From NCBI GenBank assembly GCA_963781315.1, contig CAWAFJ010000005.1, forward strand, positions 318-64,317: DNA of 64,000 nucleotides, in the 5' to 3' direction. This DNA comes from an uncultured Actinomycetes bacterium (GTDB lineage Bacteria; Actinomycetota; Thermoleophilia; Gaiellales; Gaiellaceae). The translations under genes and the position numbers were made by a program. Under the pieces are notes generated by a model. It had not been told where the DNA came from. It worked only from the letters and a program-made list of their open reading frames with translations, and did not search any database. Positions 18,276 to 27,539 of the stretch are shown here, in pieces (the first letter of the stretch is position 1; each line of letters opens with the position of its first letter).

Positions 18276-19212
18276 TCGTGAAGTAGTCCTTGCTCTGATA
18301 GGCCCCCGTCTTCTCCTTGCGGATCTGCATCAGCATGTCGTTCAGGAGCGAGGAGGCGCCGAGCCGGTAGAGGTCAGGGGTGAGCCAGTCTGGGCCGAGT
18401 ATCTCGTGCACCTGCACGAGGTACTGGATTGCGTTCTTCGAGGTGCGGATCCCTCCCGCGGGTTTCATTCCGACCCTGCGGCCGCTCTCGTCGAAGACGT
18501 CTCGAATGGCTTCGAGCATGACGAGATGGACCGGCAGTGTCGCCGCGCCCGGGAGCTTCCCGGTGGACGTCTTGATGAAGTCGGCGCCGGCCGCCATCGC
18601 GAGGAGCGAGGCACGGCGCACGTTGTCGTAGGTGCCGAGCTCGGCCACCTCCAGGATCACCTTCAGGTGCGCGTCCCCGCAGACCTCCTTGACGCGCGTG
18701 ATCTCGTCGTAGACCTCGGCGAGACGCCCGGAGAGGAACGCTCCCCGGTCGATCACCATGTCGACCTCGTCGGCGCCCATCGCGACAACGTCCTCGACCT
18801 CTCGCAACTTGACGTCGAGCGGCGTTTGCCCCGAGGGGAACCCTGTCGCCACGGAGGCGACCTTGACGCCGCTCTCGCCGAGTCGCGCCTTCGCCACACC
18901 GACGAGGCTCGGGTAGACACACACGGCGGCGCACGAGGGCACGCTGGGATCCGACGGGTCGGGCCGGATCGCCTTCGAGCAGAGCGCCGCGACCTTGCCC
19001 GGAGTGTCCTGCCCCTCGAGCGTCGTCAGGTCGCAGCACCGAACGGCGAGGTCGAGCGCCCAGAGCTTTGCGTCCTTCTTGATGCTGCGCTTGGCGAGCT
19101 CGCCGGCCCGCGCTTCGACGGCAACCTGGTCGACCGCGACGCTGCGCGTTCTGGCCGTCCGCTGCTTGGGGAGCGGGTCGAGCCCGGCCGGCAGAGCGGG
19201 CGCGTTGGGCAT
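18268..19212 (-). CDS. deoC: deoxyribose-phosphate aldolase (long actinobacterial type)
   Basis: CDLTTLEG.., VCVYP, ATGFPSG, DMVIDRGA and FIKTSTGK (Schiff-base Lys motif). Start taken at MPNAPAL (19212). Confidence 0.85.
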   Translation of the reverse strand: MPNAPALPAGLDPLPKQRTARTRSVAVDQVAVEARAGELAKRSIKKDAKLWALDLAVRCCDLTTLEGQDTPGKVAALCSKAIRPDPSDPSVPSCAAVCVYPSLVGVAKARLGESGVKVASVATGFPSGQTPLDVKLREVEDVVAMGADEVDMVIDRGAFLSGRLAEVYDEITRVKEVCGDAHLKVILEVAELGTYDNVRRASLLAMAAGADFIKTSTGKLPGAATLPVHLVMLEAIRDVFDESGRRVGMKPAGGIRTSKNAIQYLVQVHEILGPDWLTPDLYRLGASSLLNDMLMQIRKEKTGAYQSKDYFTND

Positions 19213-19268
19213 GGGGCGAGTGTAGCTTTCGGCGAAATCGCTACCCTCGCGCGCTATCGTTTCTGGCG

Positions 19269-19784
19269 ATGGCGGCACTGAGGCGAGCACTCGTCCTGTC
19301 GGCGCTCGTGGCGGCGACCGTGACGGTCGTTGTCGGCTGCGGCGACTCGACCACCAGCGGCTCGACGAGTGCACCGAGCTCATCCAACGGCTTCTCGCCG
19401 TACGAGACCGAGATGCAAACGCTCGGGCAGCAGCTCAGCGCCGCGCTCGCCAGCCTCGGCCAGAGCAACGTCGGCCAGCCTCCCGCGGTCATTGCCCAGC
19501 ACATGGTGGCGGTCCAGGTCAAGCTCCGAAGCGCAGCCCGCAAGCTCGCAGCAATTACCCCTCCCGACGAGATCAAGGCAGAGCACGCACAGCTGCTCGG
19601 GGGCGTGCGCGAGTACGCCAACGAGCTCGACGGCATCATCGCGAAGCTGCGCGCGCCGACGAAGGACAGGCTCGCCTATTTGGCCGTGCTGCGCACGATC
19701 TCCTCACTCCAAGGCGTGAAGGAGATGCAGGAAGCGTCGGTCGCGATCACGAAGGCCGGCTACCTGATCACGCTCAAGGGCTGA
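19269..19784 (+). CDS. lipoprotein, function unknown
   Basis: Signal plus lipobox-like VVVGC, a Ser/Thr-rich linker, then a helical body. Confidence 0.6.
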   Translation: MAALRRALVLSALVAATVTVVVGCGDSTTSGSTSAPSSSNGFSPYETEMQTLGQQLSAALASLGQSNVGQPPAVIAQHMVAVQVKLRSAARKLAAITPPDEIKAEHAQLLGGVREYANELDGIIAKLRAPTKDRLAYLAVLRTISSLQGVKEMQEASVAITKAGYLITLKG

Positions 19785-19789
19785 CCGAG

Positions 19790-20143
19790 TCAGGTCCCGG
19801 CGGCACTCCAGCGCTCGCGATAGTCCTCGCGCACGGGCTGGAACACGTCCAGGACGAGCGCGCCTTCGGGCCCGCAGTGCGCCGAGTGCTCAACACCGCC
19901 GGGAATCGCGTAGCCGTCCAGCGGGCCGAGGCGATGCTCGACCCCATCGACGACGAGCACCTGCTCTCCGCGGATGACGATCCCGAGCTGCTCGTGCGGG
20001 TGGCTGTGGAGCGGGACGACAGCGCCGGGCTCGAACGTGATCAGGTTCAACATCGCGTCCTCGCCGAAGAGTGGGCGGCCGGTGACGCCGGCCGCGATCT
20101 CGAACGCGCGGACGCTCTCGAAGCTGACGAACTGTGGCTCCAT
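19790..20143 (-). CDS. cupin domain protein
   Basis: PGAVVPLHSHPHEQLGIVIRGE...GGVEHSA are the two cupin His motifs. Confidence 0.75.
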   Translation of the reverse strand: MEPQFVSFESVRAFEIAAGVTGRPLFGEDAMLNLITFEPGAVVPLHSHPHEQLGIVIRGEQVLVVDGVEHRLGPLDGYAIPGGVEHSAHCGPEGALVLDVFQPVREDYRERWSAAGT

Positions 20144-20216
20144 CTGCCAAGTATCCCGCTCCGGGCGCGCCCGGTTGTGGTGAGCCGCACCGCTCGAGTC
20201 TGCGACACTCGCGCGG

Positions 20217-21006
20217 ATGGCTGAGGCGGAGATCGGGGTCTTCGGCGGGTCGGGCTTCTACTCGTTCGTCGACGTGGTCGACGAGGTCGAGGTCGAGACG
20301 CCGTACGGCAAGCCGTCGGCGCCGATCGTGATCGGCGAGGTCGGCGGCCGGCGCGTCGCGTTCCTGCCGCGGCATGGCCGCGCGCACGAGCTGCCGCCCG
20401 GCGCAGATTCCCTACCGCGCGAACGTGTGGGCGATGCGCGAGCTCGGCGTTCGCCGCATCATCGGGCCGTGCGCCTCGGGAGCCCTGCAGCCGGAGCTCG
20501 AGCTCGGCGCATTCGTCGTCTGCGACCAGTTCGTCGACCGCACCTCGGGACGCGCGGACACCTTCTACGAAGGTCCTGAGACGACGCATGTCTCTGCGGC
20601 CGACCCGTACTGCTCCGACCTTCGCCGGCTGCTCGTCGAGACCGCACGTGAGCTCGGGATCACGGTCCACGACGGCGGCACTGTGGTGGTCATCCAGGGG
20701 CCTCGCTTTTCCACGCGAGCCGAGTCGAAGTGGTTCGGGGCGATGGGCTGGGACATGATCAACATGACCGCGTACCCCGAGGGCTACCTGGCCCGCGAGC
20801 TCGAGCTCTGCTACGCGAACATCTCGATGGTCACCGACCACGACGTCGGTGTCGAAGGCGCGGAGCCGGTCACACATGAGACGGTCGTGCGGGTCTTCCA
20901 GGAGAACAACGAGAAGCTGCGCGCGCTCCTCTTCGCAGTGATCCCGAAGATCGGCCCGCAGCCCGAAGACGCCTGCGCGACGGCGTTGCGGGGCGCGCGG
21001 ATCTAG
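20217..21006 (+). CDS. mtnP: S-methyl-5'-thioadenosine phosphorylase; frame break near 20395
   Basis: [23 protein letters not shown], then in the next frame [26 protein letters not shown]. Confidence 0.85.
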
Positions 21007-21023
21007 CGTCGTATACTCGGTTC

Positions 21024-21518
21024 GTGCCGCAGTTCAGCGTCAATCCGAGCCGCCTCGACCCGTACAAGAGCTTCCGTTTCCGCGTCAAGTGGGACAACAA
21101 GTACGTGCCCGGGATCTTCCGGGTGAGCCCGCTGCGGCGAACGACCGCCGCGATCGACCAGCGGTCCGGGGCAGACCCGAGCGAAGACCACCGTTCCCCC
21201 GGCAGGACGGACTGGGATCCAATCGTCCTCGAGCGGGGCCGCACGCACGACACATCCTTCGAGGACTGGGCGAACCTCGTCTGGAACGAGTCCGGCGAGA
21301 TGTCGCTCAAGAAATTCCGCAAGGACGTGGTGATCGAGCTCGAGAACGAGCAGGGCGTAACCGTGATGGCGTTCACGGTGCACCGCGCCTGGCCGTCGGA
21401 GTACGTCGCCCTCGGCCCGCTCGACTCGGAGAGCGAGGCGATAGCCATCGAGTCGCTCACCCTCGAACACGAGGGCTGGGAACGCGACACCTCTGTCAAG
21501 GAACCCGCCGAGACCTAG
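21024..21518 (+). CDS. phage/contractile-injection tail tube-like protein (T4 gp19 / TIGR02241-like), orphan
   Basis: DPYKSFRFRVKWDNKYVPGIFRVSPL..SPGRTDWDPIVLERGRTHDTSFEDWAN..IESLTLEHEGW follows the conserved 'phage tail region protein' pattern. Starts 17 nt after mtnP. Confidence 0.65.
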   Translation: MPQFSVNPSRLDPYKSFRFRVKWDNKYVPGIFRVSPLRRTTAAIDQRSGADPSEDHRSPGRTDWDPIVLERGRTHDTSFEDWANLVWNESGEMSLKKFRKDVVIELENEQGVTVMAFTVHRAWPSEYVALGPLDSESEAIAIESLTLEHEGWERDTSVKEPAET

Positions 21519-21539
21519 AAGCCCGGCCGAGCCCTACAC

Positions 21540-22403
21540 CTAGAGGCCGAGGCGCTCGAGCATCGTCTCGTTGCGCCGCCATTTCGGCGACGACTTGACC
21601 TGAAGCTCGAGGAAGATCTTGTGGCCGACCAGCTCCTCGATGGCCGGACGCGCCCAGCGGCCGATCTCGCGCACCATCGAGCCGCCCTTGCCGATCAGGA
21701 TCATCTTCTGGCTCTCGGTCTCGGTGTAGACGCGCACGTGGACCCGGTGCTCGTCGATTTCGACCACCTCGGCCGTGACGGAGTGCGGCACCTCTTCCTT
21801 CAGCAGCCGCAGCGCCTGCTCGCGGACGAGCTCGGCGATCCGCGCCTCGAGCGGCATGTCGGTCACCTCTCCCTCCGGATAGTAGAGCGGGCCCTCGGGC
21901 AACAGTGAGACCAGATCGTCGCGCAGCTCACCGATACCGTCGCCGGTCTTGGCGCTAACCGGGTGGAGCGCGTGGAAGTCTCCGAGCTCCGCTGCGGCCT
22001 GCATCTGCGTCGCGATGTGGCCTGCCTTCAGACGGTCGACCTTGTTGACCACGATCACCACCGGAATGCCGAGCGAGAAGACGCGGCGCGCGACGTACTT
22101 GTCGCCGGCCCCGATCCGCTCGCGCGCGTTGACGACGAGCAGCACAGCGTCGAGATCATCCGTCATCGCGTCGTCGACGCGGCCCTGCATCCGCTCGGTC
22201 AGCGTGTCGATCGGACGCTGCCAGCCGGGAAGGTCGACGAGCACGAGCTGCGCGTCGGCAGTCGTGACGACGCCGCGGATGCGGTGCCGCGTCGTGTGCG
22301 GGACCTTCGAGACGATCGCAATGTGCTCGCCGGTCAGCGCGTTCAGGAGCGTGGACTTGCCGACGTTCGGGCGCCCGGCGACCGCAACGAAGCCCGACTT
22401 CAT
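21540..22403 (-). CDS. era: GTPase Era
   Basis: GRPNVGKSTLLN, DLPG, NKVD and a C-terminal KH domain. Confidence 0.95.
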   Translation of the reverse strand: MKSGFVAVAGRPNVGKSTLLNALTGEHIAIVSKVPHTTRHRIRGVVTTADAQLVLVDLPGWQRPIDTLTERMQGRVDDAMTDDLDAVLLVVNARERIGAGDKYVARRVFSLGIPVVIVVNKVDRLKAGHIATQMQAAAELGDFHALHPVSAKTGDGIGELRDDLVSLLPEGPLYYPEGEVTDMPLEARIAELVREQALRLLKEEVPHSVTAEVVEIDEHRVHVRVYTETESQKMILIGKGGSMVREIGRWARPAIEELVGHKIFLELQVKSSPKWRRNETMLERLGL

Positions 22404-22768
22404 TCCGGGAGGTCCCAGGTGTCCGGGAGCAACTCGCCGGGCGTCGCGGTGTGGATCTCACCGTCGGCACCCCGGTAACTCACCTCACCGACCCGGAACT
22501 CGTGCAGCCACTGCCGGCAGCCTCCGCACGGGGAGGCGGTGATCCCGATCGCCTCGATATCACCGGGACGACACCCGGCGGCGACGGCGGCCGCGATCGC
22601 GGCTTCCTCTGCGCAGATGCCGAGGGGATAGGCGGCATTCTCGACATTCACGCCCTCGAACTCGCGGCCGTCCCGCACCCGCACGACCGCGCCGACGAGG
22701 TAGCGCGAATACGGCGCGTACGCCCTCGCGGCCGCATGCTCGGCCCGCTCGACGAGACCGCGGCTCAT
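22400..22768 (-). CDS. cdd: cytidine deaminase
   Basis: CAEEAAI...PCGGCRQ zinc motifs; 122 aa. Confidence 0.85.
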   Translation of the reverse strand: MSRGLVERAEHAAARAYAPYSRYLVGAVVRVRDGREFEGVNVENAAYPLGICAEEAAIAAAVAAGCRPGDIEAIGITASPCGGCRQWLHEFRVGEVSYRGADGEIHTATPGELLPDTWDLPE

Positions 22769-23481
22769 CTCGCGAGCTGGAAGAGGGCGAGGGTGGTCAA
22801 TGAGCCGAGCAGCGCGCCGAGCAGCACCTCGAAGGTCGAGTGGACGCCCGACTCGACTCGCGTCTGGGCGACGAGCAGCGCCATCACAAACGCGATCGAC
22901 GAGACGACAAACCGGTGGTGCGCCCCGGCGGCGTAGGTGACGGCGATCCAGGCGCCGAACGCGATCGCGGCGTGGCCCGACGGCAGCCCCCCGCGCAGCG
23001 GTGTTCCCCGCCTGGTCCACGCCTTCGCGCCGATTACCCCGGCAACGGTGATGACGAGCGCGACGAGGGTCAGCGCCGCCGGGCCGTCGCGCAGGCGGTC
23101 GAGCAGGCGGTTCGAGCGGTCGCCGATCCGAGTGGAGAAGATGATGTAACCGACCGCGATCGCGTTGAGCGTCGCAATCAGTACCGCGCCCGCGGCGACG
23201 TCTTTTGCCAGCTTCGCCATCGGGTCGAAGGAGGTGGTCGCGACGTCGATGGCGCCCTCGACCGCGGTGTTGATCATCTCCGCGATCAGAACGAAGGCGA
23301 TCGCGATCAGCAGCGCGATCAGCTCGAACTTCGAGACGGAGACGATCACGGCGAGCACGATCACACCGATCGCTACGACCACGTGGATGCGCATGTTCCG
23401 CTGCGTGCGGAGCGCGTGGACGATCCCTTCGAACGCGTTGTTGAACGAATCGAAGATCGTCTGGTGGCGGAACGAGCTCAC
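22765..23481 (-). CDS. DgkA-type lipid kinase fused to a PAP2 phosphatase domain
   Basis: The N-terminal half has EMINTAVEGAIDV (DgkA). The C-terminal half has PSGH and TRVESGVHS (PAP2 motifs C2/C3). Confidence 0.75.
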   Translation of the reverse strand: MSSFRHQTIFDSFNNAFEGIVHALRTQRNMRIHVVVAIGVIVLAVIVSVSKFELIALLIAIAFVLIAEMINTAVEGAIDVATTSFDPMAKLAKDVAAGAVLIATLNAIAVGYIIFSTRIGDRSNRLLDRLRDGPAALTLVALVITVAGVIGAKAWTRRGTPLRGGLPSGHAAIAFGAWIAVTYAAGAHHRFVVSSIAFVMALLVAQTRVESGVHSTFEVLLGALLGSLTTLALFQLAR

Positions 23482-23861
23482 CTCGCGGCCAAGTCCTCTT
23501 CACGCCGTTCCATCGCGTCCCCATGGTCGTACCCGAGCAGATGCAGCAGGCCATGCGTCAGCGGGCGGCGCCATTCTTCGCCGACGACGGCGGGGCAGAT
23601 GACCACGTCGCCGAGTGCCCGCGGCATGCCCTCGGGCAACTGGTCACGGCCGTCGATCGGGAAGGAGAGGACGTCGGTCGCCTCGTCGATCCCGAGATGA
23701 TCGCGCTTCAGGGCCCGCATCTCGTCCGGCCCGACGAAGGCGAGCCCGAGCTCGCCGTCCTCGATCCCCTCGGCGCGAAGCACGCCGAAGGCGAGCTCAA
23801 CCGCAGCGCCCTCGTCAACCTCGACCCCACTCCGATTCTCGACCTCCACCGTAAGTGACAC
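23478..23861 (-). CDS. ybeY: rRNA maturation endoribonuclease YbeY
   Basis: HGLLHLLGYDH metal motif. Confidence 0.9.
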   Translation of the reverse strand: MSLTVEVENRSGVEVDEGAAVELAFGVLRAEGIEDGELGLAFVGPDEMRALKRDHLGIDEATDVLSFPIDGRDQLPEGMPRALGDVVICPAVVGEEWRRPLTHGLLHLLGYDHGDAMERREEDLAAR

Positions 23862-24821
23862 TTACTTCCTCCGCTCGGTGCCGGTCTCCTCGGCGTGGTG
23901 CTTGTACGCCTCGACGATCCGCTGCACCAGCTTGTGCCGCACGACGTCCTCGTGGCCGAAGTGCACGAACGAGATCCCATCGATCCCGCCGAGGATGTCC
24001 TGCACCTGGATCAGCCCTGAAGCCTGGTCGCGCGGGAGGTCGACCTGCGTCACGTCGCCGGTGACGACGACTCTGGAGCCGAATCCGAGCCGGGTCAGGA
24101 ACATCTGCATCTGTTCGGGCGAGGTGTTTTGAGCCTCGTCCAGGATGATGAAGCTGTCGTTCAGAGTGCGGCCGCGCATGAACGCAAGCGGCGCAACCTC
24201 GATCGTTCCGCGCTCCATGTATGTGTTCGCCTTCTCGGGGTCGAGCATGTCGTAGAGCGCGTCGAAGAGCGGGCGCAGATAGGGGTCGACCTTTGCGAGC
24301 ATGTCGCCCGGCAGGAAGCCGAGCCGCTCGCCGGCCTCGACCGCAGGCCGCGTCAGGATGATCCGCGCGACCTCGCGCTCGTGGAGCGCCGCGACGGCGA
24401 GAGCCATCGCGAGATAGGTCTTGCCGGTGCCCGCCGGACCGATGCCGAAGGTGACCGTGCAGCGACGGATCGCGTCGACGTACGCCTTCTGGGTGACCGT
24501 CTTCGGAGCGATCCGCTTCCCGCGGTGATGCCAGACGACATCCTCGAACACCGCGCGCACGTCCTGGTCGGATTCGAGTGCGCCAAGGACGGCGTCGACG
24601 GTGTGCGCGCCGATCTGGTGACCTCCCTCGACGAGGTCGACCAGCTCGTCGATCACCACACGCGCCTCGGCAACCTGGGCATCCTCGCCCTCGAGAGTCA
24701 GCCGGTTGCCGCGCAGGCGAACTGTGCAGTCGAGGCGGTCGCGCAGCGCCTCGAGAACGCCGTCTGCCATGCCCGCAAGCTCTGCGGCGACTTCGTTCGA
24801 AACGTCGAGAACTTCCTGCAC
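23862..24821 (-). CDS. phoH: PhoH-like ATPase
   Basis: [11 protein letters not shown] Walker A, ILDEAQN Walker B. Confidence 0.9.
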   Translation of the reverse strand: MQEVLDVSNEVAAELAGMADGVLEALRDRLDCTVRLRGNRLTLEGEDAQVAEARVVIDELVDLVEGGHQIGAHTVDAVLGALESDQDVRAVFEDVVWHHRGKRIAPKTVTQKAYVDAIRRCTVTFGIGPAGTGKTYLAMALAVAALHEREVARIILTRPAVEAGERLGFLPGDMLAKVDPYLRPLFDALYDMLDPEKANTYMERGTIEVAPLAFMRGRTLNDSFIILDEAQNTSPEQMQMFLTRLGFGSRVVVTGDVTQVDLPRDQASGLIQVQDILGGIDGISFVHFGHEDVVRHKLVQRIVEAYKHHAEETGTERRK

Positions 24822-24851
24822 CGGCGCAGTGTAGGCCGTCGCCCGTGCGAC

Positions 24852-25472
24852 TCAGCGGTGCTCGAAGGCGAGGCGGACCCCGAACCCGATCAGCACGACG
24901 CCGGTGACGCGGTCGAGCGACTTGCGAACACGCGGCCGGCGGATGAACTCCGAGGCGTGGCCCACGGCGGCGCCGTAGGCAGCGAGCCACGCGAGCGTCA
25001 AGACCCCGAAAATGCCGCCGAGGACGAGCAGCGGCCCAAACGGGGACCCGTCTCCGAGCACGAACTGCGGCAGGAAGCTCGTGAAGAAGACGGCGATCTT
25101 CGGATTCCCGAGATCGCTCAGAAGCCCTTGCCGCAGCGCCTTCACGGTGTGCCCTCGCCCGGCGGGCGGCCCCGACCCCGGCCCGAGCGGGTCCCGCGCT
25201 CGAAGCATTTGGACGCCGATCCAGACAAGGTAGACCGCCCCCGCGATTTTCAACGCGTTGAAGGCGACATCCGAGGCCCGGAGCAACGTCGCAATGCCGA
25301 GCGCTGCCGCCATCGTCCAGATCATGAGCCCGATCGAGACCCCGACCGCGGCCGCAACCCCGGAGCGGCGACCGCCGACGAGTGCGTTCTTCGTCACGAC
25401 CGCCGTGTCCGGTCCCGGGATGAGGATCAGGAGGATGGAGAGAACGAGGAACGGTGCCAGGTCGAGGTGCAC
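24852..25472 (-). CDS. LysE/RhtB family amino-acid exporter
   Basis: N-terminal LIPGPD motif and six hydrophobic helices. Confidence 0.8.
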   Translation of the reverse strand: MHLDLAPFLVLSILLILIPGPDTAVVTKNALVGGRRSGVAAAVGVSIGLMIWTMAAALGIATLLRASDVAFNALKIAGAVYLVWIGVQMLRARDPLGPGSGPPAGRGHTVKALRQGLLSDLGNPKIAVFFTSFLPQFVLGDGSPFGPLLVLGGIFGVLTLAWLAAYGAAVGHASEFIRRPRVRKSLDRVTGVVLIGFGVRLAFEHR

Positions 25473-25482
25473 GAGCTAGTGG

Positions 25483-25926
25483 TCAGGCGAGCTTCTCGCG
25501 GACGACCTGCCCGACCGCGGAGCCGTCGGCCCGGCCCGCGACCTGCGGCATCACGTCGGCCATCACGCGACCCATGTCACGCAGGCTCGTGGCGCCGTTC
25601 TCAGCGATCGCATCGTCGACGATCCGCTCGAGCTCCTCCTCCGAGATCGGCTCGGGCATGAACTCCTCGAGAATCGCAAGCTCCGCCTCCTCCCCCGCCG
25701 CCCGCTCCTCACGGCCGCCCGCACGAAACGCCGCCGCGGCCTCCTGCCGCTTCTTGCGCTCGCGCTGAAGCACCTGCAGCTCTTCGTCGTTCGAGAGCGG
25801 CCGCTGCAGCTCTTTCTCGGCCGAGCGCAGGCTCGAGAGAATCAGCCGGAGCGTGTCACGCCGGACCGTGTCGCGAGCGAGCATCGCCGCCGTTACCTCG
25901 CTTTCGAGCTCCGCGATCAGGCTCAC
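25483..25926 (-). CDS. GatB/YqeY domain protein
   Basis: MSLIAELESEVTAAMLARD..RDMGRVM pattern. Confidence 0.8.
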   Translation of the reverse strand: MSLIAELESEVTAAMLARDTVRRDTLRLILSSLRSAEKELQRPLSNDEELQVLQRERKKRQEAAAAFRAGGREERAAGEEAELAILEEFMPEPISEEELERIVDDAIAENGATSLRDMGRVMADVMPQVAGRADGSAVGQVVREKLA

Positions 25927-26288
25927 AGCGCCCGCACCGCCGCCAGATTCGCAGCCTCGAGATGGCTCCTCGTGTCGCCGATCACGTGCCAGTGGAGATG
26001 AAAGATCGTCTGGCCGGCGCTGCGGCCGACGTTCGCGATCACCTGGTAGTCGGTCAGCCCGGCCCCGCGCGCGACTTCGGCGATGAAGTCGAGCATGCGT
26101 TTCGCCTCGTCCTCCTCGAGCTCGGAGACATCGCGGAAGGTGTCGACGTGGTGCTCCGGGATGATCAGGATGTGCGTCTCCGCTTGCGGATTGATGTCAT
26201 TGATCGCGACGAAGCCCTCGGTTCGGGCAACGTAGGTGCCGTCACGCACGATGTCGCAGAACAGGCAGTCCTCACGCTGCGACGGCAA
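25923..26288 (-). CDS. HIT family hydrolase
   Basis: CLFCDI... and the histidine triad HLHWHVIG. Confidence 0.85.
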   Translation of the reverse strand: MPSQREDCLFCDIVRDGTYVARTEGFVAINDINPQAETHILIIPEHHVDTFRDVSELEEDEAKRMLDFIAEVARGAGLTDYQVIANVGRSAGQTIFHLHWHVIGDTRSHLEAANLAAVRAL

Positions 26289-27474
26289 GGATCCCCTCCT
26301 CCGTGACGGCTTGGGCGCGCACGCGGACGAGCTCGCCCACCGGCGCGTCGACGAGGAACGGCGAGTAGTCGTCCCCGTAACCGCGGCCTGGACGGTCGAC
26401 GAGCACGACGTCGTCCCGACCGAGCTTCGTCTGCCACCGGCGCCGCTCGAGCTCGCGCGAGCGCGCGCGCAGCCGCGCGCTGCGCTCCTTCTTCACCTGC
26501 GGCGCAACGGGATCGGCCTGCGCTGTCCGCGTCCCGGGCCGGGGCGAGTACGGGAAGACGTGCACCGTCGTGATCCCCGCCCGCTCGACGGTACGCAGGG
26601 TGTTCTCGAACGCCGCCTCGTCCTCGGCCGGAAAACCGACGATCGCGTCGCTCGTCAGGTTGAACTCGCCCGCGAGCTTCTCGAGTCGCGAGACGAAGGT
26701 GCGCGTGGTGTATCGGCGCCCCATCGCCCGCAGGACGCCGTCGTCGCCCGACTGGAGCGGGACGTGGAGGTGCTTGGCGACCGCCGGCGTCTCACGCAGG
26801 GCGGCCACAAGCGCGTCGCTGACGTGATTGATCTCGATCGAGCTGAGCCGGAGGCGCTCGAGCCCGGGGGTCTCGGCCGCCGCTCGAACGAGCAACGGCA
26901 GGTCGAAGCCTGCCACGCGATCGCGGAAGCAGCCGAGGTTGATCCCGGTGAGCACGACCTCGCGATGGCCCTGGCCGACACGACGCCGAATCTCGGCGAG
27001 CACAGCGTCCGCGGAACGGCTGCGAGAGCTGCCGCGCACGAGCGGGATCACGCAGAACGCGCACGAGAACGAGCACCCGTCCTGGATCTTCACGAACGCG
27101 CGCACGCGGTCGAGCCTCGCGTCGGCCTGCACGCATCCGATCGCGCCTACGTCGCCTGCCACGAACGCGGCGGTCTGCTCGGCCGGCCGGGCAACGACCG
27201 TGACGTTGCCCGGGAGGCCGGAAAGTCCGTCGCCGCCGAGGTTTGCGCCACAACCGGTCACATAGACGTGTCGATGGCTGCGCGCCGCGCGTGCGGCGGC
27301 CTTGCGGCTCTTTGCGAGTGCTTCGTTCGTGACGCAGCAGCTGCTGATCACCGCGACGTCGGCGGTGCCGACGTCCGCCTCGGTGTGGCCGTCGGCGAGC
27401 AGGCGCTCGCGGATCTCCTGCGCATCCGTGTGCGAGACCTTGCAACCGAGAAAATCGACTCGAAAACGCGTCAC
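26272..27474 (-). CDS. mtaB: radical-SAM methylthiotransferase, MtaB-like
   Basis: FLGCKVS.., CSFSCAFCVIP radical-SAM cluster motif, C-terminal TRAM-like region. Confidence 0.75.
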   Translation of the reverse strand: MTRFRVDFLGCKVSHTDAQEIRERLLADGHTEADVGTADVAVISSCCVTNEALAKSRKAAARAARSHRHVYVTGCGANLGGDGLSGLPGNVTVVARPAEQTAAFVAGDVGAIGCVQADARLDRVRAFVKIQDGCSFSCAFCVIPLVRGSSRSRSADAVLAEIRRRVGQGHREVVLTGINLGCFRDRVAGFDLPLLVRAAAETPGLERLRLSSIEINHVSDALVAALRETPAVAKHLHVPLQSGDDGVLRAMGRRYTTRTFVSRLEKLAGEFNLTSDAIVGFPAEDEAAFENTLRTVERAGITTVHVFPYSPRPGTRTAQADPVAPQVKKERSARLRARSRELERRRWQTKLGRDDVVLVDRPGRGYGDDYSPFLVDAPVGELVRVRAQAVTEEGILAVAA

Positions 27475-27539
27475 AGAGCGAGATCGTACTGCCGTTTCGG
27501 CCCGCAGGCGAGCCGCACAGCGTCGCTTATTGTTCCGGG

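Noticed and set aside
20217-22403. A contractile injection system or prophage around the tube-like gene.
   Set aside because: The flanking genes are mtnP and era. No sheath, baseplate, spike, terminase or capsid homologs occur anywhere in the 64 kb.
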